In this document: positions 54,251 through 62,276 of the stretch, in pieces
Numbering within the stretch: the stretch's first letter is position 1
Layout: each line of letters opens with the position of its first letter
Virus record (IMG/VR): IMGVR_UViG_3300045988_069061
Direction: 5' to 3' (one strand)
DNA length: 64,000 nucleotides
From: a virus
Program-made: the position numbers and the translations under genes
Notes under the pieces: generated by a model
The model's input: the letters and a program-made list of their open reading frames with translations, nothing else
Told to the model about the DNA's origin: nothing
Database searches by the model: none

Positions 54251-54490
54251 ATGGAAGAAAGAATTGAAATCTTTAAGTCTCTTCATAAGTCATTTCTTGA
54301 TATGCTTATGGATGATACTTGGTTAATGGAAGAGCCTATTGACGTAGCTGAAACAGAAGCTTGCTGGAGATGGGCAATAGAATTAGGAGATGAAACTGTT
54401 CCGGTAGAAAAATTTGAGGAAGAATTTAAGTTTTCCTTACAAGATTTAACTAACTGGTGGAACAAAAAAGTATTAGATTTGAGTATCTAA
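54251..54490 (+). CDS. small acidic hypothetical protein
   Basis: ORF-track entry. Confidence 0.4.
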   Translation: MEERIEIFKSLHKSFLDMLMDDTWLMEEPIDVAETEACWRWAIELGDETVPVEKFEEEFKFSLQDLTNWWNKKVLDLSI

Positions 54491-54496
54491 TTACAT

Positions 54497-54573
54497 GGGA
54501 CGATAGCTCAGTAGGTAGAGCGCTGGACTGAAAATCCAGGACGATAGCGGCAGTTCGATCCTGCCTCGTCCCA
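54497..54573 (+). tRNA. tRNA-Phe (anticodon GAA)
   Basis: Acceptor gggacga/tcgtccc. D arm gctc/gagc. Anticodon arm ctgga-CTGAAAA-tccag. T arm ggcag-ttcgatc-ctgcc. 9-nt variable loop. Confidence 0.8.
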
Positions 54574-54636
54574 CGCATTGTGTGTTTTTCATGGTAAATA
54601 TGGGCTTAACGGTTCGAGAGAATAGTTAAGCTAAAC

Positions 54637-54700
54637 TGGGCTATGGTAGTCACATCAGATTTTGGTTCTGAGAGTCCAGGTTCGAGTCCTGGTAGCCCAA
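54637..54700 (+). tRNA. tRNA-Gln-like (anticodon TTG) with a truncated D-arm region; preceded by a T-loop-like hairpin and a duplicated 5'-acceptor sequence at 54601-54636
   Basis: Perfect acceptor tgggcta/tagccca. Anticodon arm tcaga-TTTTGGT-tctga. T arm ccagg-ttcgagt-cctgg. Only 11 nt lie between the acceptor and the anticodon stem. Upstream: tgggctt plus hairpin gcttaac-ggttcgagagaata-gttaagc. Confidence 0.4.
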
Positions 54701-55536
54701 CTAAATACAGCTTCGCTAGGGAGACCTAGCCTTGCATACCAAGAGGCGGTAAAGTCAGCTGAATAAATCCGTTGCGGTATTACCTAGTAATAATCTAAAG
54801 CTAGCTAAAGAATAACTAGGAACATAGGGGTAGTAAGGCTGTATTTCTAAATTATGGATAAGGAGAATTACAGAAAAGTAGTTAAAATCTGTGAGAAAGG
54901 CAGATGTAAAGTGAGAGAAAATTCATTTGGAGTTTGTTGGTGTGTAAGATGTGGTAAATTACACTCTGATGCTCCAGCTAAGTTAAAACCTGAAGAGCAA
55001 ATCATAGTAAAATGAAAGTGATAATTAATAGCTGTTTACTTACAGAACTACTAAAGAATTTCCAAACTTCTCTAGATAATATGAGAGTTATTGGAGAAAC
55101 GTATTCTGTAGAAGATATGAATGAGGAGTTTGCTAAGTTTAACATAAAGCCTGATGATATTATTGGTAAAACTATAATATTTAAATGTCAATCAATAAGT
55201 GCTTAACGTAACTTCTTTCAATATTGGGGAGATAACTAGTAAAGTATCTCTAAATACTCCCAGTAGCGGAATAATCCAGAGGTCTCATCCTAGAAGTAAA
55301 TTCGTAAGGTTTCATTCTAGGTCTTCTATGTCAGAATACGCATTCTCTAGTAGACTAAGTAAGGATGGGCCGGAAATTGTGGTATTGCAGATTATGGTAT
55401 TTGGTAATGATGAATTGCTAGTTGAATATGTCTGCGAACAGGAACTAATAGTAGAATAGGTTATTAGACCGGTAAATAACCTTCCGTAGCCAGTCGGACG
55501 TTGGGAGCTTATAGTCCTACGATAGTGAGACTAAAT

Positions 55537-55660
55537 CGGACCTATAGCTCAGCCAGGTCAGAGCAACTAATTATGAGTCAGATAGGGACGTATCCCCTCA
55601 AGCTTATACCTTGTAGAAAGGGTAGTTGGTCGCACGTGGGTTCAAACCCCACCGTCCCTA
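55537..55660 (+). other. pair of tRNA-half-like elements: a 5' half (acceptor ggaccta plus D arm gctc-agccaggtca-gagc) and a 3' half (agggacg...gtggg-ttcaaac-cccac-cgtccct) that do not assemble into one canonical cloverleaf
   Basis: D-arm and T-arm consensus elements and a perfect 7-bp acceptor (agggacg/cgtccct) are present, but no 5+7+5 anticodon arm. Lies directly upstream of the HNH endonuclease gene. Confidence 0.3.
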
Positions 55661-55678
55661 CAACTTCTGGATTGAATT

Positions 55679-56029
55679 TTGCACCAAAACATTTGGTATT
55701 ATGATTATTTTCATATATATTTGTATATGAATTACAATACACAAAAGTTAAGAGGTTTAAAGCGCAAATTAGAGCTAATAAAATCTCGTGGTGGTAAATG
55801 TGAACTATGTAGCTATGATAGAAACATAGCTGTTCTAGAATTTCACCATATCAATCCAGATGAGAAAGAGTTTCAGTTAGATATGAGACATTTATCTAAT
55901 ACAAGTCTAGAAAGGCTTAAAGAAGATTTCTATGAGGTCTTCATAGACAGCAATACAACTAGAATAGGTCTTGAAAAGAAGAGAATGATAAATCGTCAAT
56001 GGCTTCCTGGGCAGGGAAGTGTGCAATAG
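55679..56029 (+). CDS. HNH homing-endonuclease-like protein (probable start at internal Met ~55727)
   Basis: GGKCELCSYDRNIAVLEFHHINP: the C-x2-C ... HH ... N/P motif of HNH nucleases. Confidence 0.55.
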   Translation: MHQNIWYYDYFHIYLYMNYNTQKLRGLKRKLELIKSRGGKCELCSYDRNIAVLEFHHINPDEKEFQLDMRHLSNTSLERLKEDFYEVFIDSNTTRIGLEKKRMINRQWLPGQGSVQ

Positions 56030-56119
56030 TTCCTGAAGAATTGTTCAATAAAGTAGTCAAGTATTATCAAGAAATGTGTGCTATGGCTGAGAAAATAAGA
56101 GACAGGGAATTGTAACCTT

Positions 56120-56181
56120 GGGGTAGTGCTGGAACTGGTAGACAGGCATGTGCCGTGAGGGTTCGAGTCCCTCCTACCCTA
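56120..56181 (+). other. tRNA-Leu-like element with acceptor, class-II D arm and T arm but no anticodon or variable arm (62 nt)
   Basis: Acceptor ggggtag/ctaccct. D arm ctg-gaactggtaga-cag (the tRNA-Leu GGAATTGGTAGAC signature). T arm gaggg-ttcgagt-ccctc. Only 11 nt (gcatgtgccgt, a mini-hairpin) lie between the D arm and the T arm. Confidence 0.4.
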
Positions 56182-56405
56182 CAACTTTTATTCGATTATG
56201 AAAGAGTTAAGTGAAATTATTCAAGAATTGGTAGAAAATAGCAACTCCATGAATCAGATTGATTCAAAAACTGCTATACAGTACGTTGTGGAGGCTTACG
56301 AAGCTGGAATGGATAAGGCTAAAGAACTTATCAAAGACAGTGGAGAACTTTAATTAACTGAATGTTCTGAAACATTCATATTAAATAACAATTAAAAATA
56401 AAGAA

Positions 56406-57590
56406 ATGAACAAAGTTTGGATGTGTTCCGGGTCTACATACACCCAAGTAGGCTCAGGTTACAAGGTTTCGGAATCTCTTCCGGTCGGTATTTACGGTAT
56501 TAGTCTGACAATGACAGGTTATCACCTGGATAAGTATGCAGACAAGTTCGTATTTCCGTACAAGATGTATGGACTGCAGGAAGATTTCATAGACTATGTA
56601 ATCAAAACTTATAGTAACACGGAAGGAAACTTGGGAATCATGCTTACTGGTACAAAAGGTACTGGAAAGACTGTCACAGCTAAAGAATTAGCTAACAAAT
56701 TGAACCTTCCTGTTATTATAGTAAAGGATATGGGAGACCATAATCAATCTATGATTGAGTTTCTCTCTGGCATTGAGGGAGACTGTGTTCTCTTCCTAGA
56801 CGAGTTTGAAAAGAACTTCAGCGAGTCGGATTCTACAATCCTCCAAATTATGGATGGAGTTTATAACTCTAAGTATCGTAAGGTATTCTTGTTGACTACT
56901 AATGCAATGTCTATCAACGATAATATGGTAGGACGTCCGTCTAGAATCCGCTACGTCAAGAAGTTTGAAAATCTTGATTTGAAGGTTGTAAACGAATATC
57001 TAGACGATGCCTTGGAAGTTCCAGAAGCACGTCAAGATTTGCTTGACTTCATTGATTCTTTGACCATATCAACTATTGATATTCTCAAAACTATAGTTAA
57101 TGAAGTTAACATTCATGGAATTGAAGGTTTGAGAAAGGCTAAGAGTTTCTTCAATGTAGTAACTAATGAGTATGAGTATTCCTGTATCAGAGGTTATGCT
57201 TACACTGAAGAAATTGAGCAAGACAAGAATAAGTTCTCTATTGAGAACTTCTCCAAGGCTGTTGAGAGATTTAATAATCCTATACCTAAGCCTATTGTTA
57301 ACGATGAGGATAACTGTACTATGGAGGAAAGAAAAGCTCTCAACGAATACTATGAGTATCGTCGCCATAACTTCCACAACCTGTCGTATTACTTTATCTA
57401 CTCTTCTACCAAGTTCAGCAATCTTAAGGTGGGAGACGGCTTCTACAGTGACGAGATTATCGCTATTGACAAGAAGTTGAATGTTATTGTTACTAAGAAC
57501 GGTAACGAAATTAACTACTACTGGATTAAAGATCCTAACAGTAAGCCATCTCTGTATCGTACGGGAAGATACGATTCTTTGGTACTTTAA
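56406..57590 (+). CDS. AAA+ ATPase (394 aa)
   Basis: Walker A LTGTKGTGKTV. Walker B CVLFLDEFEK. Confidence 0.55.
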   Translation: MNKVWMCSGSTYTQVGSGYKVSESLPVGIYGISLTMTGYHLDKYADKFVFPYKMYGLQEDFIDYVIKTYSNTEGNLGIMLTGTKGTGKTVTAKELANKLNLPVIIVKDMGDHNQSMIEFLSGIEGDCVLFLDEFEKNFSESDSTILQIMDGVYNSKYRKVFLLTTNAMSINDNMVGRPSRIRYVKKFENLDLKVVNEYLDDALEVPEARQDLLDFIDSLTISTIDILKTIVNEVNIHGIEGLRKAKSFFNVVTNEYEYSCIRGYAYTEEIEQDKNKFSIENFSKAVERFNNPIPKPIVNDEDNCTMEERKALNEYYEYRRHNFHNLSYYFIYSSTKFSNLKVGDGFYSDEIIAIDKKLNVIVTKNGNEINYYWIKDPNSKPSLYRTGRYDSLVL

Positions 57591-57595
57591 AAACT

Positions 57596-57612
57596 GGGGA
57601 GCTAGTCTCCCC
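57596..57612 (+). terminator. hairpin gggga-gctagtc-tcccc followed by tttat
   Basis: Directly after the stop of the ATPase gene. Confidence 0.45.
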
Positions 57613-57613
57613 T

Positions 57614-57672
57614 TTATGTCTGAGTGGTCAACGGTCTGCAAAACCGTGGGTTCGAATCCTACTCCAGATTCT
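57614..57672 (+). other. tRNA-Cys-like element (anticodon GCA) with a compressed, non-canonical T-arm and acceptor region
   Basis: acggt-CTGCAAA-accgt plus a ttcgaat loop, but only 3 nt between the anticodon stem and the T loop, and no clean acceptor pairing. Confidence 0.3.
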
Positions 57673-57690
57673 ACACTAATTTATTTGCCT

Positions 57691-58113
57691 ATGGACAGAA
57701 AATTAAGAAGAGAGCTTTCTAAAAGAAAGTGGATTTCTAGAGCTAAAAAAGTTTATAACTCTTGCGGGAAGTTCTATATCCCGGTAAACGGAATTAAAGC
57801 CAGTGTTCATGTTCCTATTTTCAGAAATAGAGCACTGAGAATTTGTGAATCAATTACGGATTTTCTTAATGATTCCAAGTATGCCAAAATGCTTAAGAAT
57901 TGCACTTCTCCCTACAGAAGTAAGATGATGCAGTACGAATATAAGAAAGAGAATAGAAAAGATAGATATAAGGCTAAGAAAGATATCCAGGAAGGTATTC
58001 AGGAATATGAGTCCAGGGACAATCTTTCATGCTCATCATGTATATTCTATGATGGAGGTCTATGCGAGAAAGGATTATTAACGACAGATGATTGTCCAGA
58101 ATATTGGGATTAA
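57691..58113 (+). CDS. hypothetical basic protein (start taken at MDRKLRRELSK...). The ORF-track N-terminus at 57481 is a translation of the tRNA-like element.
   Basis: ORF 57481..58113 with the region overlapping the tRNA-like sequence trimmed. Confidence 0.4.
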   Translation: MDRKLRRELSKRKWISRAKKVYNSCGKFYIPVNGIKASVHVPIFRNRALRICESITDFLNDSKYAKMLKNCTSPYRSKMMQYEYKKENRKDRYKAKKDIQEGIQEYESRDNLSCSSCIFYDGGLCEKGLLTTDDCPEYWD

Positions 58114-58475
58114 TTATGGATAAATATATTAATGGAAATCTAATAAAGAGGATACTAGTTTTTAAAACTAGAAAACATCCAGAATGGAAGCATAGAATAG
58201 CAGATACTAAATTCTTATTCTGGAAAAAACATATTGACTATTGGTATCTTCTAGACCCATGCTTTGGGACTTACTCTGAGAAAGGGATGCTCGAATCAAT
58301 TAGTAAGAGAACGTCCTTCTACAAGGATGGAATAGTATACCAGAAGCCGCATATTATTCTAGAGTTCTCTGAGAGACATGATGAGTCTATCTATTTTGAT
58401 AGTGATGAGGAAATGGAAGGCTGGCTTGAGTCTTTCAGGCAAGAATTTGGAAAACCATTTATTTATATAGAATAA
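58092..58475 (+). CDS. hypothetical protein (127 aa)
   Basis: ORF-track entry. Confidence 0.45.
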   Translation: MSRILGLIMDKYINGNLIKRILVFKTRKHPEWKHRIADTKFLFWKKHIDYWYLLDPCFGTYSEKGMLESISKRTSFYKDGIVYQKPHIILEFSERHDESIYFDSDEEMEGWLESFRQEFGKPFIYIE

Positions 58476-58596
58476 TACCTTTATCCCAGTTTAGAGCTTA
58501 GCTCAAGTAGTGAAGAACAGTAGCTATTGGTTAAAACGAGGTGGAGTGCCAGACGAAAGACTGGAATTAACATAGTTTAACTTTGAATCTCCGACT

Positions 58597-58938
58597 ATGC
58601 GGAGTATCATTATGGCAGAATTGATTTTCTTACCTAACGGAAAATGCGATTTGAAATTTCATGCTAACATCAAAAACTTTAAAAGAGTTGAGATTGTGAA
58701 GCATAAGAAGAACTTCTTCAGGGTCTATGTAGACCGCAACGATAGCGTTTATGACGTGAAACGGTGCGAAGTCATCACTTGGAAGATCATAGAGAGAGGG
58801 AAAAGAAAGGTGAATGTTCCTGACAAGGTTGACGAGGTACGTGATGTACATCTGTTTGACAAGACTAAGGGAAATCCGTTCAAGATTGCGGTTACTAAAA
58901 TAATCGGCGAGATTGAGGCACAGGAATTACTATCTTAA
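58597..58938 (+). CDS. hypothetical protein (113 aa)
   Basis: ORF-track entry. Confidence 0.45.
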   Translation: MRSIIMAELIFLPNGKCDLKFHANIKNFKRVEIVKHKKNFFRVYVDRNDSVYDVKRCEVITWKIIERGKRKVNVPDKVDEVRDVHLFDKTKGNPFKIAVTKIIGEIEAQELLS

Positions 58939-58949
58939 GATAGCGTTTA

Positions 58950-58971
58950 GGAGAGTATCGTATAACTCTCC
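58950..58971 (+). terminator. hairpin ggagagt-atcgtata-actctcc
   Basis: 7-bp stem directly after the gene's stop. Confidence 0.4.
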
Positions 58972-58975
58972 TTAT

Positions 58976-59050
58976 GCAGATGTGGTGTTAATGGTTTGAG
59001 CACGTCAGACTTCCAATCTGAAGGGGAGAGTTCGAGTCTCTCTATCTGCA
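58976..59050 (+). tRNA. tRNA-Gly (anticodon TCC)
   Basis: Acceptor gcagatg/tatctgc. D arm gtgt/gcac. Anticodon arm tcaga-CTTCCAA-tctga. T arm gagag-ttcgagt-ctctc. Confidence 0.8.
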
Positions 59051-59056
59051 CATTTG

Positions 59057-59127
59057 TAGGTATAGCACAACGGTTAGTGCATCGGCTTGCCATGCCGAGG
59101 ATGTGAGTTCGATTCTCATTACCTACT
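59057..59127 (+). tRNA. tRNA-Gly (anticodon GCC)
   Basis: Acceptor gtaggta/tacctac. D arm gcac/gtgc. Anticodon arm tcggc-TTGCCAT-gccga. T arm gtgag-ttcgatt-ctcat. Confidence 0.8.
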
Positions 59128-59142
59128 CAAAATTTAAGTTTT

Positions 59143-59367
59143 ATGAAAATAAAGTGTACAGTATGTAATAAAGAATTTTATTATGGAGACCATAACTCTC
59201 CAATGTTTATTGATGAGGTTTGGAACAAGATAATAAATTACTTTAAGCTAACCAATTTTGAAAAAGAAGCTGCAAAGAAATTCTCCTCTTATTACAAAGG
59301 GGAGGTAAAGATTATTATCCAGACCACCATGTGTTTATCTGTAGCGAATGTGCGGAGAAGGCTCTAG
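59143..59367 (+). CDS. small Cys-containing hypothetical protein
   Basis: ORF-track entry. Confidence 0.4.
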   Translation: MKIKCTVCNKEFYYGDHNSPMFIDEVWNKIINYFKLTNFEKEAAKKFSSYYKGEVKIIIQTTMCLSVANVRRRL

Positions 59368-59445
59368 GTAGGGAAATAACTGATAAGGATATTAATGATT
59401 CATTATTTAATATCCCATTTAGAGAGAAGTACTTTAAATCTTAAT

Positions 59446-59530
59446 ATCCGTGTGGGTGAATGGTTTAGCCATCAGTCTGCAAAACTGAAAAGAGAAATCT
59501 TTAATGAGGGTTCGAATCCCTCCACGGATT
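59446..59530 (+). tRNA. class-II-shaped tRNA (long variable arm, Ser-like scaffold) carrying anticodon GCA (Cys)
   Basis: Perfect acceptor atccgtg/cacggat. D arm ggt-gaatggttta-gcc. Anticodon arm tcagt-CTGCAAA-actga. Variable hairpin aaaga-gaaa-tcttt. T arm gaggg-ttcgaat-ccctc. 85 nt. Confidence 0.55.
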
Positions 59531-60307
59531 CTAATTTTAAATTTAAAAATATGGCATATATTTATTGCATTACAAATTTAATTAATAGAAGCGATACGTA
59601 GGAAAAACTACTACTTCTATAGAAGAGCGCTGGAAGGAACATTGTTATGACTTTTAGAAAGAAAGATGCAACAAAAGACCTTTATATGATACCATGAATA
59701 AGTATGGTGTTGAGAACTTTATGATAGAGGAATTGGAATATGTAGATAGTAACTCTGAATTATCTGAAAGAGAAATCTATTGGATAAAAGAGCTAGGAAC
59801 TTATGGTACAATGCCTCTAAAGGAGGAGATGGCACTATTCTATACAATCATAGTGAAATTGTAGAATTAGCTAGATTGGGATATACTAGTTCTTAGATAC
59901 AAGAAAAAATAGGGTGCTGTAAAGACACTATTTACAAAGTTTTGAAGGCAAATAATATAAAAATTAGAAAAAGTAACGCAAAGTTAATTGCTTAGTATGA
60001 CTTAGCAGGTATTCTTTGGTTCCAGAGAAGCTTAGGAATGGTTAATTAATAACGGAATTACTGACAATAAATCTGCATAGAGTCATATTATAGGATGCTG
60101 TAAGAATAAAACCAAATCATAGTATGGCTACATTTGGAAATATCTTCCAGAGCCTATTTAATCTTTAAATCACTGTTTCGACATTTTCAGTCTAAATGCC
60201 GTGTCTGGAGACGTTACCAACCAGTCGTGCTATACGGTTAGAATAGTCCGTGCCTCACTGGTGATAGAGGCATCCCTGGGTAGCGGATGTAAAGTAGCTG
60301 CCAATAT

Positions 60308-60386
60308 CGTGGAGTAGAGAAGTGGTCATCTCGCTAGGCTCATAACCTAGAAATCGTCATAAACGGTTCGAATCCTACCTCCGCAA
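60308..60386 (+). tRNA. initiator-like tRNA-Met (anticodon CAT) with a C1-A72 mismatch; ~6 extra nt in the variable/T-arm region
   Basis: Acceptor cgtggag/ctccgca: 6 of 7 positions pair (one G-U) with a C1.A72 mismatch as in bacterial tRNA-fMet. D arm gaga-agtggtca-tctc. Anticodon arm ctagg-CTCATAA-cctag. The T stem flanking the ttcgaat loop is poor. Confidence 0.45.
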
Positions 60387-60630
60387 CGAAACTCCTTTTG
60401 TGGCTCTGAATTAGATTAATTATTAACAATTTTAAACTTTGATGTTATGAAGAAAGTAATTAATGTTGTGAAGAAAGCTGCTAAGTGGTATTTTGAACAG
60501 AGTTCTAAGAGCTATACATGGTTAGTTTCTGGAACTATTCCGCCTCCTTATAGAGGTCTAGAGTAAAGATACTACTAAAAGGTAAGTACCAAAGGGGTAC
60601 TTATCTACACCCGTGGAGAAAATTAACTAT

Positions 60631-60702
60631 TGGGGTATAGTTCAAAGGTCAGAACTTTTGACTGTTAATCAAAGAATCATGGTTCGAGTCCATGTGCCCC
60701 AG
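60631..60702 (+). tRNA. tRNA-Asn (anticodon GTT)
   Basis: Acceptor tggggta/tgcccca. D arm gttc/gaac. Anticodon arm tttga-CTGTTAA-tcaaa. T arm ccatg-ttcgagt-ccatg. Confidence 0.85.
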
Positions 60703-60823
60703 CTATTGACCTTATATTAGATTATGCATCAGTGTGATTATTGTTGTTGGTACTACAGTGGTGATTGTCCATATGTAATGAAGAAACAAGCGTGTGAAAA
60801 TGCTTTGAAAACTAAAGAGAGAA

Positions 60824-61084
60824 ATGAAAGACCTATTAGAAAAGTACAAAATGTTTCAAACTCCAAAACTAGCTAATGAGATTTCATGGAAAGACATGAA
60901 GGAATTTAACTCTTATATGAAAGAAGTAGTTCGTGATTATAAGATTAAACAGGCTAAATCAATTCAGAGTGCTAGAAACGTAATAATATCCTGGCAAGGT
61001 AAAAATCCATTCGGGGTTGAAGCCAGTCCCTGCGGAATCATAAAGACCTTTTCTGATACGATAGTCGATGAACTGAGAGAGTAG
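60824..61084 (+). CDS. small hypothetical protein
   Basis: ORF-track entry. Confidence 0.4.
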   Translation: MKDLLEKYKMFQTPKLANEISWKDMKEFNSYMKEVVRDYKIKQAKSIQSARNVIISWQGKNPFGVEASPCGIIKTFSDTIVDELRE

Positions 61085-61205
61085 CATGGTTGCGGACTTA
61101 TGCTACTAGAACATGATTCAAACAAAAAAAACTTATCTGGTGTTGTGGAATCTTAACAGTGGAAATTTATGGGTATGTCACCAATTAAAAAGAAAATCCC
61201 AAAAA

Positions 61206-61278
61206 TGGGCCGTTAGCTCAAATGGCTAGAGCGCTGGTTTTGCACACCGGAAGATAGGGTTCGAGTCCCTGCGTGTCC
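61206..61278 (+). tRNA. tRNA-Ala-like (anticodon TGC) with a poorly paired acceptor stem
   Basis: D arm gctc/gagc. Anticodon arm ctggt-TTTGCAC-accgg. T arm taggg-ttcgagt-ccctg. Acceptor gggccgt vs cgtgtcc pairs at only 4 of 7 positions. Confidence 0.45.
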
Positions 61279-61473
61279 ACAAACTTTATTTAAAAAATTA
61301 TGAAAGTATATGTAGTAAATTATCACCCAGCTAATGCTCCTCAAAATTATGAAACTGATTGCCAAATCTTCTTAGACAAGAAACAGGCAGAGAAGTATAA
61401 AGAGGCTAAGGAAAAAGAGTTTCCTATTAGCTGGGGAGGAGAGTATAATCATTGTAAACTAATTAAAAAGCAT

Positions 61474-61546
61474 TTGTAATATCGCGGGATGATAGCAGGG
61501 CAGGCTCATAACCTGAAGGTCGTCGGTTCGACTCCCGTTATTTTTA
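61474..61546 (+). tRNA. tRNA-Met/Ile2-like (anticodon CAT), structure imperfect
   Basis: cagg-CTCATAA-cctg anticodon arm and ggttcgact T-loop region. Acceptor and T-stem pairing are weak. Confidence 0.35.
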
Positions 61547-61563
61547 ACAATTAAAATTAGATT

Positions 61564-61989
61564 ATGGATTTCAAGAATCTTACAAAGGAATCTCTTCCGA
61601 AAGAATTTCAGGAGAGAATCGAACGTTTCAATCGTTTGTTCGTTGAAGCTGGTGATGGTACATTTGAAGAAAATGACCTATTTGGTTATGAAATGGCTTG
61701 TATAAAGCAAGCCCTATCATTCTCTGAGTTTTTCAAAGAAATGAGTCTAGAGGAATGTAAAGCCTTCTATGAGAAATATCCTAGCTTATTTGAGCTGATT
61801 GAGGCTATCAAAGACAAACTTCCGTACTTTGATAATGGTCATAGTGGAAACTCTATGAGCATGAGTTGGATGCTATACAGGTGTTATAAGGAGAAACCCG
61901 AACTTGTTCCTTATATGCACGGTTGTTTAGCCCAACTTGTTGGGGACGAGGGCTATCATGATAACCGTTCTGATGTTCCAAAACTATGA
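61564..61989 (+). CDS. hypothetical protein (141 aa)
   Basis: ORF-track entry. Confidence 0.45.
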   Translation: MDFKNLTKESLPKEFQERIERFNRLFVEAGDGTFEENDLFGYEMACIKQALSFSEFFKEMSLEECKAFYEKYPSLFELIEAIKDKLPYFDNGHSGNSMSMSWMLYRCYKEKPELVPYMHGCLAQLVGDEGYHDNRSDVPKL

Positions 61990-62276
61990 GTGTAATACAA
62001 CAAGTTTATTTAGCTGAAGCTGGTTATTCTATTTACATAAAGGGAATTAAACCAGATAATGAATGTTCTGGTGAGATTACTATAAATGGTAATCCCACTA
62101 GATTAGAGAGAAAAGAACGCTATCATATTGATGGCAGTATGCTTGTAACTGACAATTACCACATTCCTATGGACTTCATAATTAATTTTCTACAGGCCAA
62201 TGGTTGTATAGAACAGAAGGAAGACGGTAAGAGATACGTTGTATTAAAGGAAGTAGAATTTAAGCTTAATAAATAA
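61986..62276 (+). CDS. hypothetical protein (96 aa)
   Basis: ORF-track entry. ATGA overlap with the neighbouring gene. Confidence 0.45.
   Translation: MSVIQQVYLAEAGYSIYIKGIKPDNECSGEITINGNPTRLERKERYHIDGSMLVTDNYHIPMDFIINFLQANGCIEQKEDGKRYVVLKEVEFKLNK

Noticed and set aside
59395-59601. ORF 59395..59601 and the N-terminal parts of ORFs 57481..58113, 40406..40708 and 55501..55704
   Set aside because: These stretches are translations of tRNA or tRNA-like genes (for example ...GSNPST..., ...GFEP...) and are not credible coding sequence.
60181-60300. Possible tRNA at ~60225-60300 (cgtgctatacggttagaatagtccgtgcctc...)
   Set aside because: It has a D-loop-like GGTTAGAAT sequence and a hairpin tgcctc/gaggca, but no anticodon or T arm consistent with a tRNA.
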